A stretch of DNA of 64,000 nt from NCBI GenBank assembly GCA_051362555.1, contig CM120646.1:7254001-7318000 (forward strand). Direction: 5' to 3'. Under the pieces are notes generated by a model. It saw nothing but the letters and a program-made list of their open reading frames with translations, did not search any database and was not told the DNA's origin. The position numbers and the translations under genes are program-made. Positions 51,438 through 64,000 of the stretch are shown piece by piece; position 1 is the stretch's first letter; every line of letters starts with the position of its first letter. The stretch comes from Lingula anatina. Lineage: Eukaryota > Animalia > Brachiopoda.

Positions 51438-52368
51438 CTACACAAATGCCTAAGGCGCCTTTAATTAAATGGGGTTAGCTTCACCTTTCAAAATAAATAA
51501 ATGTGATTATTTCTTGTAAATCCATATGTTATATCATTGGAAAAGGTATTACATACAGCAGAATCTTGTAGTCACTTTGTTTTAATAAGTCAAATAAGCT
51601 AGGGTATTCTACATGTATGAAGATTTGTTTTTCAGTTTCTGCAACTGTCCCAACAGCTGCAATATTTTATCACATTTCTTGATCTGAAAATAAAGCTTTT
51701 CCTTTAAACTGTAGTTTATGATTTACCAGTAAATACAAGGCTAGCCAATACTTTATCAGACGCTCCTACGAAATTTAAATGTTGTTTGCACAGCAGTAAA
51801 ATGTCCAATTTGCAGCTACCTGTATATTTTGTTAGGCATATTGGACGAATCATGTTGAAAATAAAATTTTGCTTTACTTCTTCAGGACATGTGTTTTATT
51901 TCAACGTGCTTATTTAACCAAATTAATCCATTAACTTTTTGGCATAAAATCTTCCAAGACATAGTATCGTGTGTTATTTTCTTGCATTTTTAAGGATGCA
52001 AAGAAGGTGCGTGGCAGCAACGGACCAAGATATACGAACATGTTTCATATCAGATACATATACATTCATGTATCTAAAAACAATGATTATGCAAATAAAG
52101 CCCAATACAGACTTTGAAATCCATAATAGGATAACAATCAGATATGTCCAAAATATAAAGCTGAGCAATCTTAAAACTTCGTCATCACAATTTTTTTCCA
52201 TCAGATACACGTGAAAGTTTCTGAAATTTTTTTATTTGTGAAAAACAATATCACTTTTTCAGGCCAGTCACACTTCAGTGTACATTTAGACAGCAAGAAT
52301 ACTGTCCTTTGGTGAATTATATGTTCGCAGTTCAGAGTGTATATTTGGTCTGCAGAGTCAAATGTTCT

Positions 52369-52464
52369 TTACATGAGGCATGCATTCTGACAGCCTGCCA
52401 AAGTTTAAACCCATTGGCCTTTCCTCCACATCCCGCGTAGACGGACAACTCACACTGGCAGCTG
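52369..52464 (-). pseudogene. Fragment of the minus-strand Kunitz terminal exon captured by the tandem duplication
   Basis: The reverse complement reads CQCELSVYAGCGGKANGFK/LAGCQNACLM* with a frameshift. It and its flank are homologous to 63266-63360. Confidence 0.85.
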
Positions 52465-53107
52465 TAGATGCGCATGTCCTAGGTCTCCCTTTACTAGGAA
52501 CGCATGACCTAGGACATAATTCAGTGGGATTTTAAGTCCTGCGGACATACAATACAGAACACACAGTGAAAAATTGTGTATACGCTTATAGATGATAATT
52601 TACTTTCTTGTAAGGAATTTAACTCCTGACAAACCAGTATAATGCAAAATCTGTCAGTATTAGTCATGTTTTTGCGACGAACACGCATACGGGTTTCCAT
52701 GTCCTTATCTGCATAGAAGAACAGTGCCAAGGTCACATTCAGCACTTCTAGACCAATAAGAGCGTACACATTCTCTCAGTGACGTACGGTAATAAAGGAA
52801 TGTTCGAGACGGTTTGTTCACACAGGCTCCACACAGAAGAAAAGCAATTGGCAGCGAGGATCAAAATGATGACAATGTTGATACCGTGCTTTATATTGCT
52901 GAATATCAATTTGGCTTATGGACTGGTTAAGTGTTAAAGACGGATCATGCGTGACCGCTGACAAAAAGCACGTGTAATATTGCTCGTTGTAATGTTAAAT
53001 GTATTTGTTCTGCAGTGTACAATATGACGATATGTGAAACCATATTTTTGACAAGCCATTATATAGCCTGTTTGCTTGGAACGGAACTACACGTATGAAC
53101 TGCCCTT

Positions 53108-53138
<31 letters not shown>

Positions 53139-54552
53139 ATACACAAAAATCCAAGCTGAACACAATCTGTCTGTTTTAGTCCGGTGTCAATACATTTTAC
53201 GAAAGTTAATGAACATTTCCTTGTTCGCGTGCATTTCTCCTTTATCATTTTAATAAACATATGTCACATCTTTTTCAAGGCTCGTGTTGGTAACTGCGTA
53301 AGTACTACGTTTTACCATTCATTTTAATCATAACCATTCATCTTTTTTTTGTTGTAATTTGTCATTTTCATGTCAATTATTATTTTTGAAAGAATTTGCC
53401 CTTAGCTATTTAGTCTGTTTATCTCTTCCTTTTGTATCAGTAACTGTACATTTATACCAGCACATACTGCATGTATATATATATATACCGCTGCCGTATG
53501 TACTTGTATAAACGCTGTTGAATTATTCACAACAGATACTGTGTAATATTCCGCATGATGTGTATTTCCCATTAATACAGCCTGCAGATGTTACTGACAG
53601 AAAGGGTAATACCTGCATAAGTGTATAATGGAAGACATAGTTTTCAAACAAGTTTTCAATGTGTTGAAGTATATACTGTATATATATATACTGTGTGAGT
53701 GTGTGTCAATGTTTTTTTAAGCTTCTCAGGAAATTTGTCTCTTATAACAAGAGGTCCAGAAGTTTCTTCCCTAATTTCAGTCAGGATGTCCCCTCTTTGT
53801 TTTTCACACTTAGACTGCATTCCCAAAGATTGAGATCGGTCCATCTAGATCGACCTAACTCCCTGGGGGTTCACTCTAAATTGATGTCAGCCGAGCGCGC
53901 ACGGTAGTAAATTACCCCCTTACAGCTTTTAGTAGGCGGGACAGACGCTTAAGCCGACTAAGCTGACAGTAATCTAGTGGGACTCCCTACAGGGATAGAT
54001 CGATCTAAAATCTGTGAGAATGGAGTATATGACTTTAATTGCTTAGAGCCAGATGTGTCCGAGAACATATCTGGCCTTCTCTGGTCGTAGGACATATCGG
54101 GTCGTCACAACAGTGGCTAATTAGCCTCTGTAAATCAGCTAAGCAGAGACATACGAGTCCAGTTCCACAGAGGAGACGGAGGGCTCTCTCTCACTTCTTC
54201 AGAAAAATTCACATTGTTTAGTAGTTCAGTGTTCAGGAAAGAAAAACTTAAATGTGAATTTAGGAAATTTATTCAAACACATAAATCAATGTTTTCAGAC
54301 GGCCATTGAGTGTCCTAAAGGAGAAACTTGCTTTCAAGATGTGGTAATTTGTAAGAAGCCACCATGCTGCGTCCGTGAGTGAAATATAAAATGTTAAACA
54401 TTAGACAGCTTATATGGATGTGAATGTTAGACAGCTACTAGAAACTAGTAATTGTAATGATAGAACCTATTTATATTGTTTTGGATAGTTTGGAAATGCA
54501 ACAAATGATATCATACCTGTTTGTTATTTAAGATAAACCAAGCACACACATA

Positions 54553-55714
54553 CAGACGGGTGACGTACATATAATTACTCTACGTGTTTTTCGGTTTATT
54601 TCTCGGTTTACCAGAGATGAGTTTTCATCCATGTGTACTATAAAAGGTGCATCCGAAGGTAAAAGGTTCTTTTAGCTGTCACGTTGCCACCATGGTGAAG
54701 GAACGGGAGCTCACAAATGAAGAAGGAAAGAAATTGTTTCTCTAAGGGAAGAGGGTATCAATGTTACCTAGATAGATGCCATATATGGTGTAACTCCTCG
54801 AACTGTGCATTTTGATTGCAGAAGGATGGAGGACATTGGTGATGCCCATAAGTTAGACCGAAGTGGCCGCCCAAGGGACGACAGGCGCCTTTTTATGCTG
54901 TCAAGGCTAAGGAGGTTTGAGCCGTGCAAGGAATTAGCGTTGCAGTGGTTGCGCAGTTTGCAGGTTGAGGTTAGCAAAAGAACTGTACAAAAAGGCTCCA
55001 TGCTTCAGGTATTCACAGCAGGGTTGCCAGGAGGAAGCCATTCACCACCTGGATAAACATACGCGGAAGAGTGACATTGGATGCAAGAACCATTGCCTGG
55101 ACAGTAGGTCAGAATTGTTGCCATTTTTTTTCTGACGAGTCCATATTCACAGTTAACAGCGTGGGTGGACAAGTGAGGGTACGGAGAAGATCATCCACTT
55201 GTCGTCTACCAGAAAATATGTATTTCCTCACTAGACAGGCCACTTCACTAATGGTTTGGGGCTACATTGGTTTCTACGGTGTTGGTGAGCTTGATAAATG
55301 GAAAGTTGAATCACCAGCGATACATAGAAATTCTCGACTGGCAGGATGTTGAAAACCAAGTGGCAAAGGATCGCCTCTTTACCAGAAACGCTCCAATCCA
55401 AAGTGCCTTTAGAGCCTGGGCCAGCATAACCCCCAGAAGTTTAATGAACCTTTATCAGTCTATGCCTAGAAGGATGGTGGACATATTGAGATCACGTGAC
55501 TATCCAACAAAATATTAATCCTGACATAATAGCATGTGTTATGTAAAGGCAACGCACTGTTCTTTAAACCTAAAATAAAAATACTTACTTGACACAGTCA
55601 GTTTTCAATAACATGACAATTGAAAAAACTAACTAATCCAGCTGTTTTTCCCCTTAAAGAAAAAAGGTGCAATACTTTTGCCCCCCTCACCCCCCCTCCC
55701 CCCCCCCCCCCCCG
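54553..55714 (+). mobile_element. Degenerate Tc1-like transposon in paralog C intron 3
   Basis: Fragmented transposase (RSGRPR, FFSDESIF, LMVWG, LYQSMPRRM...YPTKY). TA on both sides, and the site is empty in A (~38299) and B (~46689). Confidence 0.85.
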
Positions 55715-57038
55715 TACATATTTATATATACTGGAACCTAAGACCTTCGCTGTAAGCGATACAGTTAATTTCTCAGTAAAAACAAATCCATATTCTTAAA
55801 AAGGAAATGTTCCCGTCTTTCACCAAGGCAAAATCCAATATGCAGCGTTTCTTGAAACGATTATCTACTCAGATACATAAGAAACGAATTTTGTGTAACT
55901 AAGCAATTCTCCGATGTCAAGTCATTTCTCATGACTAAGTATCAAGAAATATGCTTGAAAAGACATAGTTGGATTCTCCTATATTTTATATATATATATT
56001 TTTTAATTTGTTTTTATCGTATCTTATTTATTTATCTATCTTTATCTTATCGTAATTGTTATGTTCACAGCTATATGTACGGACCCTGTAGATCCCGGTC
56101 CCTGTGAGTACAGCATCCCAAGGTACTTCTTCGACAGCAACGACTGTCAGTGTCAGAAATTCATCTACGGAGGCTGTGAGGCAAACGCCAATAATTTCGT
56201 AACACTGGAGGAATGCCAAAAGACTTGTCCTGTAACGTATGATGTAAGTGTATGATGTTGTCTTTATAAAAGTACGTGACTTAAACATGTATATGTACGT
56301 CTTCATTTATGCGAGGACATCTAATAGAGTCTATCTATATAATATTAGATTATAGTTCGCCCGTGCAGGTAGGGATAGAGAAAGTGCATAATAGATTTTG
56401 GTACTGTATTTTTAAAGTTTCAGTGGAAGTGGCTGTTTTGATCAATTGAATGACACTTAACCACTCTAGGTCTAGGACAAAATCAGAAAATGAAACATAG
56501 CATTTAATCGTAGCGTTGAGGCATTTAGTAGTGGCAGAGGCCAAAGACAGCTAATACATTAATATATAGAGAAGAGAGGAGAACATTGTATCGGTTACGT
56601 TTACCTTAAATATTAAGTTAAAACATTTGAATTATCTTGGACCCCTTTAACGCAAGGATATTATTGCACGTATTAAAACACGTTTCACTGACTCGCACTT
56701 GTAGTTGTGATCTTTTAACTATTATTATTCAGCATATAAAGTGCCCTGACGGAGAAACTTGTGTCCTGAACAGAGATGTCAATTCAGAATCGGTGTGTGT
56801 GCCGCCACGGTGTGTACGTAAGTGATCCAGTTCGGGAAGATACACTCATGAGAAAGGCAGAGAATAGACAAAGTTTTAATCATTTTATTTCTTTATATAT
56901 AATCATTTTAAAACACAAGCTAGAATGTCTTCATACTGTAGTATGTGGTAAAGCGTCGTCGTATAATAGCCAGGGCCTTTTAGCGGTCAGTAACTCACAC
57001 ATCAGTCTGATGAAAGCCTAAGTCCTGGTTGGCCATAA

Positions 57039-58522
57039 TGCCCCTATTTCACACAGAACACGAATCCCTACCCTGAGTGTCTGAGCTACGTAAAAGCTAG
57101 CTTCTTAAATATACCTTATGAAGGAGTCGCTTTTACTAGCTCTGACGAACATCGACAATCTGAGGGCTTTCTTCTACAAAATTTTGCCTGGGGCGCTTCC
57201 AAATTTAGAAGTCACACGTCACAGCTGTGTCCGCCTGGATCCATATTTGGAAGTCATAAGTCTCGTACGTCACAGGTTTGGCCGCCTGGAGCTGCCTTTC
57301 CCGCCTTGCGCTGAAGTTATCTCGTGCAGACGAGACAATAAGCATTTTTAGTGCCTGGCGCGGACTGAATTGAAAATATCATGCAGTCAAAGGTCAGTGC
57401 CACAATACAAGCAACATTCTGCTTTAAAAACTGATTTTGGTGTAGCCATTGCGCAGCCCTTCCCGCATGAAAATGCAGTAGTATCGAAGTAGCAAAGAAG
57501 CATTAACGCAGTAGTGGTGTGGAGCATATTTGCAGTAGAAATGCAGTATAGCCTACTGCAATTCTACTTCAAAAATAACCTAGGGTTGTACAGAGGAGGA
57601 GCATTAATGCAGTAGATTAGCAGCATGATAGAAGCATGTTTCAAATATGCTAATTAGCTCCCCTATCGAAGCAGATTTGAAGCATGTTTGCAGTATGATT
57701 GCAGTAGTCTACTGCGCTGGAGTATCTACTTCGTTTTCGTGCGGGTTATAGTGGTATCGGGCATACAGTGTAGCTGTCAAATTTGGCACACGGCAAGCAC
57801 GTGTATTGTGGTAGTGTATATCTCAGGACTTAATGTTCTTTGATAAGCAAAAAATACAAAACATTGGATATATCTTTTCTTTTCGAAGAATATTACTTAT
57901 TTTTTCACTTTACATCTTAAATACAGCAAATAAAATTTTAAAAAGCAGAATTAAATCTGTTTTACGTTTCATATTGGTCTGATGACATTCAACTGCAGAT
58001 TCACTGCGGAGCAGTTCTATTTGATTGACGGAAGGGCAACATGGCCGCTGTTCACTACAGCCGGTATTGTTGATATGGGTTATATATGAAATCAAGATCG
58101 AGCTGGCAATACCGGAATCTAGAACTTAGGGTACGAATGCCACGAATCGCCAGGAATTGACAAAGTTCAGGATTCGTGGTTGAATCGTAATCAGTTCGTG
58201 AAGTTCTTAACGTATATAATCGTAGTCAGTTCTTGCAATTCTTGATCAATCGGGAATTCGTGGCAAACATTTTGAGCTGTTCAATATTTTGGCCACGAAC
58301 TCCCGATTCCAAATAATCGTAGTGAATTTTTGACAATATTCGTGCGATTCCAGCCGAATCCCACGAACATTCGTAACACTGTCGCACCTGTATCGTAACT
58401 GAATCGTAGAGCGTGTCGAATTAGGCCAGAAAATTTGCAAAATCTCACGAATTCTCACGAATCCTGAAATTTGTCAATTCCTGGCGATTCGTGGGATTCG
58501 TGGTCTGTGTGAAATAGGGGCA
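57039..58522. mobile_element. Non-autonomous PIF/Harbinger-like element with TAA target duplication, with a nested MITE at ~57460-57747
   Basis: TAA|tgcccctatttcacacaga ... tctgtgtgaaataggggca|TAA, with CACGAAT/ATTCGTG subterminal repeats. The inner element has ends cccgcatgaaaa / ttttcgtgcggg. Confidence 0.8.
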
Positions 58523-58700
58523 TAAGGTTACGGTATGAAAACTTACGGCTTGTGTTTCATAATTATCATATTTGATCAACTACCAAGCTAATGGACATTT
58601 TTCATTTTTTATTTCTTAACTTAGAAAATAGATATTTTAATATGTTAAAACAATAATAGACATTTTGATATCTTATAATGCTTTACACGTGAACCATTCT

Positions 58701-58731
<31 letters not shown>

Positions 58732-60696
58732 CGAGTGCTTGTTCAGCATGTAATGTATAAAAGATATCAAATATTTAAGTTTGATGTTGTACGCGAACGT
58801 TTTCACATATTATACATTGTTCGCAATTCAAATGGCAAGTGTCACACTGTGAAATATGCTTCCACTTGATGATATGTGTATATAATACATAGGTGCGAAC
58901 CCACCTTTCTTTGTTCACCTTTTTCTACCCAGCATTCCTCTAGATCATCCTGGAAATGTATTTTAAATATGTTAAAACAGACTTAAAATATGTTACTCAA
59001 GATCAAACAACTTACATGGTCATGATATGAAGTTGTAATGTCCCCTAACTGTTACCTTAAATCTTTATTACATTTTGCAAGGCCCAAGATGTCACGGTAC
59101 TTGACGTAAAAATATGTATTCTTATTTACGAAAGACAAAGAAAAACGTAAGCAAGAAAGTGAAAAAAATCAAACTTTGGTATCAGGTTAAAGACATCCCT
59201 TGATTCTTACATACATGTAGAGCATTCTCTTTTCTATCTGCGTGAAGCCTGCATGCCAAGATATTTTTATAACAGCACTGTTGGACAGTGTCAAAAGTTT
59301 ATCTACGGAGGCTGTGGAGGAAACGCCAATGATTTCGAAACACTGGAGGAATGCCAAAAAAACTTGTAACCTAACATTTGAATTAAGTCGGATTTTATTA
59401 ATTAATTAATTAATTATGTTATTTATTCATTTAATGCATCTCTGATTCTTCACATTTATTTCTTTAGTTTTGTGGAGGGAATGTGGGGGAAATTTTTCCT
59501 GTTGGAAAATCCTAAACAGGCATGCCCAAAGATGTGTCGAAAGACTTCTAGCTTATTAAAAAATATCCTTTTACCTGGTTCGATCCTTCACCTTTGTCAC
59601 TACGGTATAAAACCATTACCTGATTGAAGAAAACAATCTCTCATTAGCTCTCTCTATAATTTTGTTTGTTTTTTGTTATTAGAACTTAGAATGTCCTCTG
59701 GGAGAGGAGTACGTTCAGGAAACAATTTACTGTATCACCTACCCCTGCTCCCAGCCACCTGCCAAATGTGGTAAATTTTATAATCCTCCCCTTTTCAAGA
59801 CACCGGAGGTACATGTCTCGCTTGAATATATTTGGGGTTGCTACTTTATATAGTCAGTATCTTCGTGTACATGTACTAGTACCTTTGTAAGTATAGTTAT
59901 TAAACGCACACCCCCATTTAATAGCGTTGTCTTCAGATTTTGAATTGAAATAATACGTACAATGAAATACATTTCATTCTCTTATCATTGCTGTATAGGC
60001 TATGTGTGTTATCGTTTGTTTTCACCAACCTATTTTTATCATCTTATAGTGTGTGCATATTGCAACATCACAACTTGCCAAGCAAACTTCATTCGACAAA
60101 TAACATAATTTTGTATTTCTGTTAAGTCGAACCAGAGAAGCCTTGTCTAAGAAGTGATGGTAGGTACGACGATCCTCTGCTAGCCAATAATGGTGGTCCG
60201 ATTTGCTGTGGCAGGTGCCTGAACAGACAGGACTGCCCGAAGGGTTATTACTGCGACATTCACCCCGCTGATGCTTGGGCTGTATGCTGTCCGAATAAAG
60301 TCTAACAAGGCTCTGTAGACCATATATTATACACTTATATAACCTTTGGTGACAGGGAATCATAATTGTATGACGCGTTTCAGCATTTAGCACGTTCTCC
60401 TTTTAAAGCGTTAAGCTTTTTCTTACAATTTTGTATTTTTTTTAAATTATTATTTTAAGGAGTTTCCCATTAACCACCTTGATCTAGGATATCAAAACTG
60501 TGCACAGCATTGCCGTCGAAAAACGTATTGTGTCTCATTCGGGCATTTTTTAAACGGAGACAGCAGCTGACGAATCTCACTTGTAACAAGATAAATTACA
60601 AATTTAGAACTCGAAAACGGGTGCGTAAATTGTTGTTTCTGCAACTTTAACATGGTATACCTATGTGATGAAGGGATGATCGTGAACTTTTTCTTG

Positions 60697-60732
<36 letters not shown>

Positions 60733-61685
60733 TGTGTTACACAAATATCTAAGGTGCCTTTTATTTAATAGGGTTAGCTTCACCTTTCAAAATAAATAAA
60801 GTATGTTTTCTTGTATTCCTGTTAATCTATAAGTTAAAACAGTGGAATAGGTATTACGTACAGCAGAATCTTGTCACTTTGTTTTAATTGGTCAAATAAG
60901 CTAGGGCATTCCACATGTTTGAAGGTTTGTTTTTTTCATTTTTTGTAACTGTCCTTTGGCTGCGATATTTTGTCACATTTATTTTACCCGAAAATTAAGT
61001 TTTTTTCTTTAAACTTTATGATTTTCCAGTAAATACAAGGCTAATCAATACTTTATTAGACGCTCTCACGACATTTAAATGCACGGGTGTTAGATATCCA
61101 ATTTGCAGCTACATGAATATTTTGTTAGGCATATTGGATGCATCATGTTCGAACATAAAGTATTGCTTTACTTCTTCATGAAATGTGTTTTATTTCAACA
61201 TGCTTATTTTAACCAATTAAGCCATTATCTTATTGGCATATAACCTTCCAAAAAGCAAATTATCATGTGTTATTTTCTTGCCTTTTTAAAGATGTAAAGG
61301 TGGGTGGCATCAAAGGACCAATATATACCAACATGTTGCATATCAATAAAAGGCTTATTTCAATAGCTTTTCTTTAATGTTCATACATATATTTAAAAAC
61401 AATAATCAATAATAATAAAAAAATAATAATAATGAAATGATGTCACAATGACATCAAAGAGACAATTAAAAATTATTAAAACACGATTTTAATCCTTATT
61501 TTCATTTATCAGTCAGCAAAATAGGAAAAAACAAATGATTTGGGAAAAAAATAATCCATATTAAATGTCAAGCCTGTATCTAAAAACAATAATCATATAA
61601 AATAAACCCCTATACAGACTTCGTAATGCATTACGGGTAACAATCAGATATATCTGAAGTATAAAGCTGAACAATCTTGGAACTA

Positions 61686-63071
61686 CACACACTGGACAAA
61701 AGAAGTGTCACCCCCTAACTCAGAGTAATAAAAGTAGGCAGATCTTGGGTACTTATAATACCTGGTCTACTTATAATGTGACTAATGAGTATAAAACCGC
61801 TATACCATGGAATTGTATTCTTGGTCTTGTACATGTACAGCAAATGTTATTCCTGTCTTCCTCCAGTATGGCAAGATACAGGTAATTATCTAACGGTTAT
61901 AGGTGCAAGTTATTAATCTGAAGAGGCGGAATATAAGCAATGTCAGAATATCGATACAATTGAATTGTTCAGTCAGAACCGTGCAGAGGGTCTGGTCTCG
62001 GTATAGAAACACTGGATCAAGAGACAAATTGCCTCTGATGGGTCGTCCAAGAAAAAATACTGGCCGTGAAGACCGACGACTGATTTTGATGTCCAGGTTG
62101 TCAAAGTTCGACACTGCTTGTCAGTTGACAACACAGTGGAACAATTTCACACATAAGAATGTGTCTGTGAAAATTGCTAGGCGTCGGTTACATGCTCAGA
62201 GAGTGTACAGCAGGGTAGCAAGACTGAAACCTCTTATATCGTTACAAAACAGGCAACGTAGAGTAAACTAGGGTCAACAGGATCTGGAACTGGACAGTTC
62301 ATGACAATTGGTCCTATATATTTTTTCTGATGAGTGTCGCTTTGGTCTGACCTCTGATGACAGACGGGTACTATGCTGGCAAACTGCTGGTAAAGCATTT
62401 GAACCACATGCACTGAATTTTCGAACCCGGAGCAGCATATTCATCATGGTGTGGGGCTGCATCAGCATCCATGGCTTGGGAGAATTGATAGTGGTTAATG
62501 GAAACATGAATCACTAGAAATATATCGATGTTTTGGAGTCAGGCTTGCTACCATCTATTACTAACATGTTTGGTGAAAGGAATTATCCATCTGTTCACCA
62601 GGATGACAATGCTCCTTGTCACAGGCCCAGAGCAGTTGATGATTGGTTTGACCAACATGACATTCGCAAGGTGATGTGGCCTGCCCAGAGTCCGGATACA
62701 AACATAATAGAAAATGTGTGGAATGATATGTCAAAACTTTTTACAAATGCCCGTCTAACCAGCAGAGAAACTCTGTTATATTCAGTGTTTCATGCTTGGG
62801 CCAGCATAAGCCCTGAACGCATCAGACAATTATACGAATCCTTGCTTCGTAGACTGGCACCTATTATTAGGTCACGTGGCTATGCCACTAAGTACTAATT
62901 TTGGACTTGAAACTACATATTTTTTTAGAATGTATATTTTGTTCTCATTTTGTGATTTTTTGTGAAATTTGATGTTAATAAAATGATACCAGGAGCATAT
63001 CATTCCACAGTCATTTATCTCCCCCGTAGTATTGGCTCAGTAGGGGTGACACTTCTTTTGTCCAGTGTGTG
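61686..63071 (+). mobile_element. Full-length Tc1 transposon with inactivated transposase (~61868-62898)
   Basis: TA|cacacactggacaaaagaagtgtcacccc ... ggggtgacacttcttttgtccagtgtgtg|TA. Motifs GRPRK, FSDECRF, MVWGCI, QDDNAPCH and WPAQSPDTNIIENVW are present but broken by stops at ~62271, ~62303 and ~62517. The site is empty in the A and B flanks. Confidence 0.95.
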
Positions 63072-63265
63072 TATGTCATCGCAATTTTTCGATTAGATAG
63101 GCGTAAAACTTTTGATAGTATTTATTTCTGCATAACAATATCGCTTTTTTAGCATGTCACATATGTACAGTTCAGTGTTCATTAAGACAGCAAGAGTACT
63201 GTTTTTCGGTGAAATATATGTTCGCAGTTCAGAGTGTATATTCGGTCTGCAGTGACAATCTTTCC

Positions 63266-63432
63266 TTACATGAGACATGCATTCTGACAGTCTTCCAAAG
63301 TTTTAAACCTATTGGCATTCCCTCCACATCCCCCGTAGATAAACGTCTCACACTGGCCGGTCTTGCTGTTGAAGAAGTAACTTGGCATATAGGCTTTGCA
63401 CAGCCCGGGGACTGCTGGAAGCTCGCAGATTG
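63266..63432 (-). CDS. Terminal exon of a Kunitz-domain gene (P1 Lys); upstream exons not found in the window
   Basis: Minus-strand acceptor tttttag, phase 1, then [55 protein letters not shown] minus-strand AATAAA lies at 63121-63126. Confidence 0.9.
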
Positions 63433-64000
63433 CTAAAAATTTTAAAAGGGTATTCTTTAGTTGATACAAAATGCTTGGCTGTAGTCTAACTTGTCAGTCA
63501 CACATTTCTTTAATTACGAAAACTGATGTCTGGAATGATATCTATACTGGGGCTTCGCAAATTGATTCCCGTAAGGCAGAGTATCTCTTATACTTGTTCC
63601 ACCTGATTTGGCTAATCTCTGGCATATTTGCACATAAAAAACTCTACCTAATGAGACAATGGCGTTCTGTAATATGCTTTTCTACATTATATATTTGTTA
63701 AGGAATATATCACCATAATACCACGCACTAAGAACTTTAATTGGGCTGGTGATAAAGTCTACGTGTACAATGAAAATAAAAGCAGTATAACCAGTACTTC
63801 TGTAAAATAACTAAACTGTGTCGCCCCATGAAGCAGGAACAATTTTCCAATTGTCTGATAGCTTTTTCGAATTTAATATAAAGAAATGTCGGAATTGGTG
63901 CTTTATTGAGAAAACGGATAGAAAGTACTTACGAACACAGCGGGGTTCGGGCTGTGGACATGGCGCCTTTATACACATGACTTTGTCCTGAACGCACGTT

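Larger units (their letters stand above)
52866..60305 (+). pseudogene. Paralog C: damaged copy (Kunitz 2 exon destroyed), pseudogene or shortened isoform
   Basis: Open exons are 52866-52925, 53280-53297, 54299-54374 (18-nt in-frame deletion), 56071-56243 (Kunitz, GPCEYSIPRY, terminal C>Y), 56733-56817, 59683-59770 (C>Y) and 60127-60305 (Lustrin, intact). The exon 6 relic at ~59240-59382 lacks its acceptor and 5' end, has a +1 frameshift and a ttaagt donor. Confidence 0.75.

Noticed and set aside
61868-62898. Active Tc1 transposase
   Set aside because: It has several in-frame stops and a 5' frameshift despite intact TIRs.

Overview
AT-rich, intron-containing animal DNA. A mollusc or other lophotrochozoan is likely, inferred only from the domain content and repeat types. 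The ORF track misses most real coding sequence because it is split into small GT-AG exons, which I traced by hand. The window is a cluster of secreted disulfide-rich protein genes. (1) A single-domain cationic Kunitz gene at 5956-6559. (2) A 25-exon gene at 14586-27691 (about 672 aa, about 16% Cys), built from 22 consecutive phase-0/phase-0 mini-exons encoding follistatin-N-like (FOLN-like) modules and ending in a Lustrin-type domain. (3) Three tandem paralogs (A 30449-41399, B 43724-51012, C 52866-60305, damaged) that use the same signal peptide + 18-nt micro-exon + FOLN-like + Lustrin chassis but carry Kunitz exons with acidic P1 residues. (4) The last exon of a convergent minus-strand Kunitz gene. 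The rest is a fold-back satellite, a decayed THAP/DDE + YqaJ transposon, several Tc1 relics, MITEs and a 6.6 kb nested transposon block. The best candidate for a new system is the modular exon-cassette family, in which each exon donates its last Cys to the next module, so that modules can be duplicated, skipped or swapped for Kunitz cassettes in frame. All gene models come from sequence reading only, with no expression evidence.
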